Program-made: the position numbers and the translations under genes
Shown here: positions 39,459 to 45,747 of the stretch, in pieces
How the letters are laid out: the number at the start of each line of letters is the position of its first letter
Numbering within the stretch: the stretch's first letter is position 1
The notes under the pieces: generated by a model
What the model saw: the letters and a program-made list of their open reading frames with translations, nothing else
Databases searched by the model: none
Told to the model about the DNA's origin: nothing
Assembly (NCBI GenBank): GCA_047615735.1
Contig: JBLHHU010000002.1
Span: forward strand, 1 to 45,747
Source: Kiritimatiellia bacterium
Lineage (GTDB): Bacteria > Verrucomicrobiota > Kiritimatiellia > UBA8416 > JAIOPI01
Length of the DNA: 45,747 bases
Direction: 5' to 3'

Positions 39459-39470
39459 CTCTCTAGAGAG
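39459..39470. promoter_or_regulatory. Perfect 12-bp palindrome in the 5' leader of the lipase/beta-oxidation operon
   Basis: CTCTCTAGAGAG lies between the predicted promoter (39521-39549) and the GTG at 39388. Confidence 0.3.
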
Positions 39471-39520
39471 CTCGGTCGGCAACCTTTGTATAGGCCCAGC
39501 ATCACTGCTCGACTGCAGCA

Positions 39521-39549
39521 AGTATAGTAGATGGGAGCAGGAATGTAAA
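39521..39549 (-). promoter_or_regulatory. Candidate sigma-70-type promoter of the lipase/beta-oxidation operon
   Basis: The minus strand reads TTTACA-(17 nt)-TATACT, 5/6 matches in each hexamer, about 125 nt upstream of the GTG start. This assumes E. coli-like promoter rules apply in this organism. Confidence 0.4.
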
Positions 39550-39636
39550 GGGGTAGATTTAAAAGTTTGCGATGTGGCCATCGGCGGGTCTGGCGCAATG
39601 CGCAACGCTTTCAAAATGCCCACTTCGCAGTCATAA

Positions 39637-39653
39637 TCGATTAGGATTACGAT
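39637..39653 (+). repeat. 17-nt motif TCGATTAGGATTACGAT (copy 1)
   Basis: The exact reverse complement occurs at 44652-44668, 7 nt outside the right end of MITE-like element B. Both copies are followed a few nt later by ATTCA. Confidence 0.4.
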
Positions 39654-39684
39654 GGATTCAAATGCACCAAGTCACAGATACGCC

Positions 39685-40554
39685 CTATTGGAACGTACGT
39701 GAAAGCACAGCTTCGCTGATGGACCGTCCATCCACGAGAATAGGAGCGTCCCTCGGGCGCCAACCACGACGCTTGCCAACGGCGACAAGTCGATGTCCGC
39801 GGTTAAACAGAAGCAACATATCGAACTGCTCGGCGATTTTGTAAAAGAACCCACCAATAGAAAGAACGCGGCGTGGATAACGACCCGGTGGAATCGCACC
39901 ACTATTACCGCGCCCAAAAGCCAAGCGTTCAACAAACACGCTGACAAATTCAGAGAAGAAGCGTGAATAGGATTTCATGTGCAATACGTCAAACCCATTT
40001 TTCAGGACGGCGAACAGCTGCAGTTCTGTGTAACCAGGTCTGACGTGTCCGCGGAATTCAGACGTGACACCAAACAGAGAACGGAATGTGCGAATGGCCG
40101 TGTAGGGTTTTATGCGCGCAACGAGAACAAGAAGTCGCCCATCAGGCTTCAGTACGCGATGACAATCTTCGATAAATGCAACGTCATCGCTAAACCGTTC
40201 AAGTGCTGAATGAATCACAATGATATCGAAGCGCTTCTTTTCGAACGGCAAGCCGCGATCCAGCACAGGAACGTCTTCTTCCAGAACCGAGGCGACACGT
40301 TTCGCCGTGACGGAATCCGTAGCTAGGCTCTGCCACGTGCCCCCGCGACGACGCAATTGCTGACTGAAAGCCCCGTTGACCGCACCCACTTCCAGACACT
40401 CACGATCGTCAACACGATCGAGGTTACGCAAGACCTCGCGAAGCGACGCCTGTAGTGGCAGCGTACAACGAAAGGTATGCAACTCCTGCCAGGCGAGCTC
40501 TTCTTCGGGAGCACCAATATCTACTTCTGTTTCGCTAACGTCACTCAAGGCCAT
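39685..40554 (-). CDS. Class I SAM-dependent methyltransferase
   Basis: 289 aa. Motif I-like CLEVGAVNGAF, then FDIIVIHSALERF and LKPDGRLLVL blocks (Methyltransf_11/25-like). Substrate unknown. Confidence 0.75.
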   Translation of the reverse strand: MALSDVSETEVDIGAPEEELAWQELHTFRCTLPLQASLREVLRNLDRVDDRECLEVGAVNGAFSQQLRRRGGTWQSLATDSVTAKRVASVLEEDVPVLDRGLPFEKKRFDIIVIHSALERFSDDVAFIEDCHRVLKPDGRLLVLVARIKPYTAIRTFRSLFGVTSEFRGHVRPGYTELQLFAVLKNGFDVLHMKSYSRFFSEFVSVFVERLAFGRGNSGAIPPGRYPRRVLSIGGFFYKIAEQFDMLLLFNRGHRLVAVGKRRGWRPRDAPILVDGRSISEAVLSRTFQ

Positions 40555-40633
40555 GCCCTTTCACCACAAATCTGACAATGACGCATCATAGAACCTGTAC
40601 AGCCAAATCCCAGTCAAATATTTCGAATTGAAC

Positions 40634-40994
40634 CATTAGCATCCCATAGGGCCAAAAACCGGGTACGAAAGAAGCGTATTTCCTAATGTTTCTGACGCCA
40701 TGTGCAAGGCTGCATTGCATAAATCCCCGTCTCTGAAGAAGATAATTCACACCCGCTTCCTACTTTGCCCTCGCTCCGCTCTTGGCTACGAAGGACAGGA
40801 CGCTCGAGTTCACAGAGGTACAGAGCTTGCCCGCCGGAGGCGGGGAGAGAAGAGGGTGACATATTTCAAGAGAATCAGCCGCAGGGGTAGCCCGGCGGTT
40901 GATTCTCTTGATTTCTTCTCCGTGCCTCTGTGAACTCAATCCCGCCGAGTGGGAGGGTGTTAAATCTTTTCTTTGGCCTATGGGATGCTAGTGG
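40634..40994 (+). mobile_element. MITE-like non-autonomous element, copy A (361 bp) with TIRs and a 7-8 bp TSD
   Basis: The left end is (C)CATTAGCATCCCATAGGGCCAAAA. The right end, reverse-complemented, is CCACTAGCATCCCATAGGCCAAAG. It is flanked by the direct repeat AATTGAAC (40626-40633 and 40995-41002). No protein-like ORF lies inside. A second related copy lies at 44340-44644. Confidence 0.7.
40806..40937. repeat. ~132-nt extended hairpin forming the core of element A
   Basis: Outer stem: GAGTTCACAGAGGTAC (40806-40821) with GTGCCTCTGTGAACTC (40922-40937), 16 bp including one G-U. Inner stem: CAAGAGAATCAGCCGC (40867-40882) with GCGGTTGATTCTCTTG (40895-40910), 16 bp including one G-U. A bulged ~8-bp GGAGAAGA stem lies between them. 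Confidence 0.7.
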
Positions 40995-41019
40995 AATTGA
41001 ACAATTGGTCCATCGGTCC

Positions 41020-42015
41020 CTACCCAATTCGTAGCGAATCGACCAGCTCCGGTGTGGCTGGCGTGACGACGACGTGCCGCGTACCCGTCGATGAGCGAAT
41101 TTTGACCGTCACATCTGTATGCGGCGGAGCATCACTATACCGCGCACATATCGCCGCTGCGCGCAGCAAATCATGGTCTTCAACAGAAAACGGTAGCAAC
41201 GCACTGGGGCCGGGCGATTTTTCTACCTTCAAAAGCAAATCATAGAGCTCGGCATTGCCTTCCAAGTAGTGGTTGTCTTGCTCGTTACGCCCAACGATCA
41301 ACTTTATTTCAGGAGAAAGTCGAAAATGTCGTCCATAGCGCAACCGTGCGAGAGACGGTACGCCCGCGAGGCCGCCATGCGCGATCAGGTCCTGCAAGCG
41401 TTGACAGAATGTAGGGTCAACCAGCCGACATCCTCCGGTCGGGCTCGGGAAATCCGTTATGTCGTAGTCGTCTGCAAGGCGTTTCTGCTCTTTGTGACCG
41501 CGCCCCTTGAGATCCAGAAGTTCATCGCGTGACACAAAACCGTACCCCTCCGCCTTTGTTTTGGAGAGCCGTTTTCCTGATAGTGGCCTGACGACCTCAC
41601 CCGGACAATGCTGGGCAAGTTCAATGGCAGCGAACGCGGTGAGCGACTGGACATGCTCGCGCTGGTCAAGCACGTCACCCGTCGCAACGAAATCAAAATC
41701 TAGGTCCTGCATAACCGTGAGTGCGCGCCGAATCATTCGCCCGTGGATTTCTTTGCACATGATCCCTTCCTCGGCACAACCGCCTTGGCTCTGGCTCAGC
41801 ACGGCGATGATACTTTGCGAGAAGTCTTCGATATGCAAGACGACATCCAACTGCTCCGCAGCGCGCCGGGCTGCCTGTAAATCACAGAAAGGAGATTCGA
41901 ACACAATGCCGTGAACAGCGATGCCTTGCGATTGTAGAACGCGGACCGCGAGTTGGCTGTCTAGACTGCCGTTGAGAAGACTCAAGGCATAAACACGTCG
42001 CTTGAAAGAAGGCAT
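41020..42015 (-). CDS. PP-loop ATP-pyrophosphatase superfamily protein (ThiI/MnmA-like) with a degenerate PP-loop
   Basis: About 331 aa from ATG 42015; the ORF-track start at 42078 is a TTG. The N-terminus YALSLLNGSLDSQLA occupies the position of the SGGxDS PP-loop. Downstream blocks DFVATGDVLDQR, VRPLSGKRL and FPSPTGGCRLVDPTF resemble the uncharacterised ThiI-like PP-loop family. Confidence 0.65.
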   Translation of the reverse strand: MPSFKRRVYALSLLNGSLDSQLAVRVLQSQGIAVHGIVFESPFCDLQAARRAAEQLDVVLHIEDFSQSIIAVLSQSQGGCAEEGIMCKEIHGRMIRRALTVMQDLDFDFVATGDVLDQREHVQSLTAFAAIELAQHCPGEVVRPLSGKRLSKTKAEGYGFVSRDELLDLKGRGHKEQKRLADDYDITDFPSPTGGCRLVDPTFCQRLQDLIAHGGLAGVPSLARLRYGRHFRLSPEIKLIVGRNEQDNHYLEGNAELYDLLLKVEKSPGPSALLPFSVEDHDLLRAAAICARYSDAPPHTDVTVKIRSSTGTRHVVVTPATPELVDSLRIG

Positions 42016-42176
42016 GGTCGACGAGACTCTGTTAGGGTTACTTTGGCGGCGACTATCGAAAGGGACGGCACCCTTCAAAACGATATATCGCGGCTCCTTT
42101 TATGCCTCGCTGGTGCTTATCTAGCAACGAAGAAATCTTAAAATTCCCCATGGATGACTTGTGTTCGAAGCCAGAG

Positions 42177-42250
42177 TCGGGGCGGTGGGATTCGAACCCA
42201 CGACCTCAACGTCCCGAACGTTGCGCGCTGCCAGGCTGCGCTACGCCCCG
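42177..42250 (-). tRNA. tRNA-Pro (anticodon CGG), CCA not encoded
   Basis: The reverse complement reads CGGGGCGTAGCGCAGCCTGGCAGCGCGCAACGTTCGGGACGTTGAGGTCGTGGGTTCGAATCCCACCGCCCCGA. It has acceptor CGGGGCG/CGCCCCG, anticodon stem CAACG/CGTTG with loop TTCGGGA, and a T-loop GGTTCGAATCC. Confidence 0.92.
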
Positions 42251-42382
42251 AGTCTACCCTCGTCACACGAATGGAACCATGTCCCGAAAACGATCCCTCA
42301 GCAAGTAAGCGCCAGAGGAAGGCAGACCTTATAAAAGCTGGCTCAAAGTTCAAGAGAAAATCAATGGACCGACATCGCCTGC

Positions 42383-44206
42383 TCAAGCCGAATGAAGTGC
42401 GGCAAGTGCACGCCGCGCACCGTCGGCCAGAAAAACCGTATCCATACCCAAAGCGATCAAATTGAAGCCCTGGCTTACCGCGCGGTCAATCGCCTCGGCA
42501 TCCGGCTGGACGATGTGGATACCGGCACTCTTACCCGCCGCCACACAACCCGCCACAACACGTTCACAGGCTTCCTGAACGCGTGGGTGCCCCGTCTGAC
42601 CGGGAAGACCCAACGATCCACTCAGATCGTAAGGACCAATGAATGCGCCGTCCACACCGTCAACGGCCATGATCTCCTCAATCGCGTCACAAGCCGCTTC
42701 GGATTCGATCATGACGATCACAGCAATCGACTCATTGGCGATCGCCGCATAGTCGTCGAAATTCGCGCCCCAATCATTCATACGTGAAAAGCTGAACCCA
42801 CGCACGCCTTCCGGCGGAAAGCGTGCTGCAGACACCGCGTGATGCGCTTCCTCGGCGCTGTTGACCAAGGGAACGATAACCGCCTGTGCGCCGGCGTCCA
42901 ACACTTGACGAATGGCCAAGGTGTCGTTCTCCCGTACGCGCGCCCACATTTCCGGACCGCGTCCGTAGACCCCACGCGCCACTTGTGTAAATGCAGCCAG
43001 GTCGATATCTGTGTGCTCCATATCAGCCGCAAGCCAATCGAAGCCCGCGCCGGACAGAATCTCTCCGCTGGCCCCATGCCCAATCTGAATCCAAGATCCG
43101 ACCACACGCTCGCGCTCGAGTAGACGTTGTCGCAGACCCGGGCGCGGTTCGCTCCAAGAATCGACGTCATCCAACATCGGTTCCGAGGGCATTGACGTTG
43201 GGACGCTTTCGTCTAGGGTATCGTCGTCGTACTGTTCCACAACAGCCACTTCCTTATCTTTCGGATTTCGCTTTTGGCCAGCACGCGTTTGCGGCGTTGG
43301 AGGAACGGGCTTTGGCGGCGCCAGCGTGCACCCTTCTAAATTGCCTTTGCGTAAATAGGTTGTTTTTGAGGTCAGGCATGTGCGCAGCGCGGTCAATGTT
43401 TCACTCCAATCGGCGTATCGACGTTCAGGATCCTTCATCAGCATTCGCTCCAACAGGCGAACAACGCCAGGTGGGAGATCACGCACGTATCGCTTCGGAT
43501 GCGTAATGTGGCCATCGATTTGCCCACGCATTGCGTCAACAGAGTTCCGGTCCCCAAACGGGACCTTGCCCGTAATCATATGATAAAGCGTTGCGCCCAA
43601 ACTGTAGATATCCGTACGGCAGTCCACACTGTCCGGTGCCGTTGCCTGCTCAGGCGCCATATAATATGGGGTCCCCTCAATCTCGCCCGACCTGAATCGT
43701 TCTCCCAACCCGAGCGTGCCAACACGTAGACTCATACCCAGATAGGCCAACTTTACCTGCTGACCGTTGTCATCATCCAGATAGATGCATTTGGGCGTAA
43801 TATTACAATGAACGCAGTTGTGTTGCTCCCAGGCAAAGGACAGCGCTTCTGCCACGTCGGTGACGATCTGTATCGCATCCGAAACAGCAAATGCCTCTTC
43901 GCCCTCCATGATCGAACCGATGCTTGGACCGGAAACGTATTCTGTGACGAGGTACGGCACACCTTCGTGCTCGCCCACATTGAAGATTTGAATGATCCGC
44001 GGATGATTCAGAACAGACATCGTTTTTGCTTCAGAAACGAAACGTTCGTGCTCAGCGGGGTCGCTTGCAAACGCTTCTCGTAAAACCTTGATGGTCACGA
44101 AGCGCGCGAGCGACTCCTGCTCAGCCAACCAGACGTCCGTGTGGAGGCTACTGCCCAGCTGCCTGATGATTCGAAACCCGGGAATTTCTGTGACAACTAT
44201 ATCCAT
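42383..44206 (-). CDS. Fusion protein: N-terminal Hanks-type Ser/Thr kinase-like domain (predicted pseudokinase), Pro-rich linker, C-terminal HpcH/HpaI-family aldolase domain
   Basis: 607 aa. The kinase fold is recognisable (VTIKVL Lys, GTPYYMAPE, DIYSLGATLYHMITGKVPF), but the catalytic loop reads VHCNITPKC where HRDLKPxN is expected, and KLAYLG replaces DFG. Residues ~355-607 (GSWIQIGH...ARVREND...VPLVNSAEEA...VMIESEAA...FIGPYDLS) match the HpcH/HpaI aldolase / citrate-lyase-beta fold. Confidence 0.8.
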   Translation of the reverse strand: MDIVVTEIPGFRIIRQLGSSLHTDVWLAEQESLARFVTIKVLREAFASDPAEHERFVSEAKTMSVLNHPRIIQIFNVGEHEGVPYLVTEYVSGPSIGSIMEGEEAFAVSDAIQIVTDVAEALSFAWEQHNCVHCNITPKCIYLDDDNGQQVKLAYLGMSLRVGTLGLGERFRSGEIEGTPYYMAPEQATAPDSVDCRTDIYSLGATLYHMITGKVPFGDRNSVDAMRGQIDGHITHPKRYVRDLPPGVVRLLERMLMKDPERRYADWSETLTALRTCLTSKTTYLRKGNLEGCTLAPPKPVPPTPQTRAGQKRNPKDKEVAVVEQYDDDTLDESVPTSMPSEPMLDDVDSWSEPRPGLRQRLLERERVVGSWIQIGHGASGEILSGAGFDWLAADMEHTDIDLAAFTQVARGVYGRGPEMWARVRENDTLAIRQVLDAGAQAVIVPLVNSAEEAHHAVSAARFPPEGVRGFSFSRMNDWGANFDDYAAIANESIAVIVMIESEAACDAIEEIMAVDGVDGAFIGPYDLSGSLGLPGQTGHPRVQEACERVVAGCVAAGKSAGIHIVQPDAEAIDRAVSQGFNLIALGMDTVFLADGARRALAALHSA

Positions 44207-44339
44207 GACCGCCTTACATTTCTAATGATTCGGGTAAGTCTTCATCGTAGCCAAGACAGGCATTGCTGTCACGCTCTGTATCATTAGCGGAGCGGATAGA
44301 AGCACAAGGAAACACCAACGCAAATATTCTTAATTTTAA

Positions 44340-44644
44340 TCACTAGCATCCCATAGGACCGAATTCTCGGCATAGAAAAGCACACTTTCCTAATGTTTGA
44401 GATGCCGTATCCCGATGCTGCATTGCAGAAATCCCAGCCACTGGAGAAAAGATTTACAGAAGGTCGCAAAGAACGCGAAGCCACGCGTTCCGCGTGGTGA
44501 ACTTGTCCGCCGCGGGAGGGCTGCGGCCATTGGCCGCCCTTCGCGGCCTTTGCGACCTTATGTAAATCTCTTCAGCGTTGGTTGCGGCTATGCTGCGTTG
44601 TGTCCTCCGTGGTTAGTTCTGTCTTCGTCCTATGGGATGCTAGT
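44340..44644 (+). mobile_element. MITE-like element, copy B (305 bp), same orientation as copy A, no clear TSD
   Basis: The left end is CACTAGCATCCCATAGGACC. The right end, reverse-complemented, is CACTAGCATCCCATAGGACG. Its first ~120 bp are collinear with copy A, with identical blocks TAGCATCCCATAGG, TTTCCTAATGTTT, GCTGCATTGCA and AAATCCC at identical spacing. The flanks (ATTTTAAT / AATCATGA) do not form a duplication. Confidence 0.7.
44459..44558. repeat. ~100-nt branched stem-loop core of element B
   Basis: The closing stem is AAGGTCGCAAAG (44459-44470) with CTTTGCGACCTT (44547-44558), 12 bp perfect, followed by CGCGAAG/CTTCGCG (7 bp). Inside are two hairpins: CCACGCG-TTC-CGCGTGG (44480-44496) and GCGGCC-ATT-GGCCGC (44522-44536). 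Confidence 0.65.
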
Positions 44645-44651
44645 GAATCAT

Positions 44652-44668
44652 GATCGTAATCCTAATCG
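44652..44668 (-). repeat. 17-nt motif TCGATTAGGATTACGAT (copy 2, minus strand)
   Basis: The plus strand reads ATCGTAATCCTAATCGA, the exact reverse complement of 39637-39653. Confidence 0.4.
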
Positions 44669-44801
44669 AGTCATTTGACACAATACGCGGGTAGCCTGCG
44701 TAATTTTCATGGCCGCGACAGGGAGAGGTTCTCTGAAATGACAGCAATAAGAAAAACAACGATTACGCTAAGATTGATGCAGAGCAAACAAATAGTTTGG
44801 A

Positions 44802-45746
44802 CTACACCAACTCGAGGAGTTCTGGAGCCTCAGCCGCGATCAGTCGACGGCACACCGTCATGACCTCATCGGGCGTCACGCAACCAGCAGCCTCAGCAGC
44901 AACCGCTTTCGCTTGGGCAAGGCTGATGCTACGGATGGAATCTTTGATCATGGGTACCGTCGCAGGCGAGACACTGAGCTCATCTACGCCCATACCGACA
45001 AGAAGTGGCGTCAAAATAGGATTTCCGGCCATTTCGCCACAAAGTCCGACCCAGATACCATTCCGGTGCCCTGCCGTGATCGTTTCCTGGATCAAGCGCA
45101 ATACACTCGGATGCGTTGAACGATATAAATAGGCAACGCGCTCGTTAATTCGATCCACAGCCAAGGCGTACTGTGTGAGATCATTGGTTCCGAGAGAGAA
45201 AAAGGACACATGGGGAGCAATTGCATCGGCCGTCAATGCGGCGCTGGGAATCTCAATCATGACGCCGACTTCAATATGCTCATTGAAGGCTGTCCCCGCT
45301 TTGCGCAGATCGTCTTTCGCAGAATCGAGTACCTTATTGGCAGCAATCACCTCTTCGACGCCGCTGATCATTGGATACATCAGTTTCACATTGCCGTGCG
45401 CGCTGGCCCGTAGGATGGCACGCAGTTGGATCTTAAACATTTCCGGGTGCCGCAGGGACATGCGAATAGAACGGCACCCCAGAAAAGGGTTTGCCTCTGG
45501 ATGGCCCGGAATGTCCTCTGCGTATTTATCACCGCCTAGGTCATAGGTACGGACGATAAAAGGAAGTTTACCGAGCTCCTGGGCAGCCTTACTGTAAATC
45601 TCCGTTTGCTCTTCCTCTGTACCCGGCCTGTCGTGGGACAGATAGAGATATTCAGACCGAAATAGTCCAACGCCTTCGGCACCATACTTATCCAGGGACG
45701 TAAGCTCGCTGACAGATTCGATATTTGCAGAAAGGACAATTCGGTG
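44802..45746 (-). CDS. ptsI: Phosphoenolpyruvate-protein phosphotransferase (PTS enzyme I), C-terminal PEP-utilising TIM-barrel part; the 5' end lies beyond the right window edge
   Basis: The frame stays open to the window edge: ...GVGLFRSEYLYL...IVRTYDLGGDKY...NPFLGCRSIRMSL...MYPMISGVEE...GVMIEIPSAA...FFSLGTNDLTQY...VGLCGEMAG. The ORF track lists only the internal-Met part, 44802-45461. Confidence 0.9.
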   Translation of the reverse strand, partial: HRIVLSANIESVSELTSLDKYGAEGVGLFRSEYLYLSHDRPGTEEEQTEIYSKAAQELGKLPFIVRTYDLGGDKYAEDIPGHPEANPFLGCRSIRMSLRHPEMFKIQLRAILRASAHGNVKLMYPMISGVEEVIAANKVLDSAKDDLRKAGTAFNEHIEVGVMIEIPSAALTADAIAPHVSFFSLGTNDLTQYALAVDRINERVAYLYRSTHPSVLRLIQETITAGHRNGIWVGLCGEMAGNPILTPLLVGMGVDELSVSPATVPMIKDSIRSISLAQAKAVAAEAAGCVTPDEVMTVCRRLIAAEAPELLELV

Positions 45747-45747
45747 A

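Noticed and set aside
40733-40739. CTGAAGA inside element A as a possible hammerhead-ribozyme core
   Set aside because: There is no following stem II/GAAA/stem III arrangement, and copy B has CTGGAGA at the same place.
40700-40933. 77-aa ORF inside MITE-like element A, and the 93-aa ORF 44397-44678 inside element B
   Set aside because: Their short similarity (…LHKSPS… / …LHCRNPS…) only reflects the conserved nucleotide block. The frames diverge immediately, run through the hairpin cores, and have no SD.
42177-42250. tRNA-Pro as the attachment site of a genomic island or prophage
   Set aside because: The window contains no integrase or recombinase gene and no direct repeat of the tRNA 3' half. 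Only the MITE copies point to mobility.
42102-42386. ORFs of 68, 82 and 103 aa overlapping tRNA-Pro
   Set aside because: They overlap a canonical tRNA gene and its flanks, and show no coding features.
1-45747. CRISPR arrays, diversity-generating retroelements, retrons, toxin-antitoxin or known defence cassettes, prophage genes
   Set aside because: No regularly spaced direct repeats were seen, and no reverse transcriptase, Cas-like, nuclease/helicase defence-type or phage structural ORFs. All large ORFs are accounted for by metabolic, envelope or hypothetical proteins.

Overview
This is a gene-dense chromosomal window, moderately GC-rich by eye. All calls come from reading the sequence and ORF translations; no database search, RNA folding or statistics were run. 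Most of it is housekeeping:
- tRNA-Thr and tuf
- a hybrid two-component kinase
- proC plus an E1-like adenylyltransferase
- a phosphatase, manA, an isolated murG, and proBA
- amtB-glnK with a near-consensus sigma-54 promoter
- apgM
- lysS-lolC-lolD
- a secreted/envelope protease and FG-GAP operon
- ppiC
- a five-gene lipolysis/beta-oxidation operon: cNMP-gated patatin lipase, PaaK-type ligase, FadA, FadB and a VLCAD-like dehydrogenase
- the 3' part of ptsI

The gene content (HExxH DUF1570-like protein, FG-GAP protein, xylose-isomerase-like TIM barrel) weakly suggests a PVC-superphylum-like organism, which is only a guess.

I found no CRISPR array, reverse transcriptase, integrase, transposase or recognisable defence cassette.

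The least ordinary part is 39.4-44.8 kb. Two copies of an unclassified MITE-like element (361 and 305 bp) share terminal inverted repeats (TIRs) and a conserved left module, but carry different highly structured cores. One copy has a 7-8 bp target-site duplication (TSD). In the same orientation they bracket a 3.3 kb segment holding three things:
- a PP-loop ATPase homologue with a degenerate SGGxDS motif
- tRNA-Pro(CGG)
- a predicted pseudokinase fused to an apparently intact HpcH/HpaI-type aldolase domain

These are the best leads, together with the cNMP-patatin/beta-oxidation operon. None is proven novel from sequence alone.
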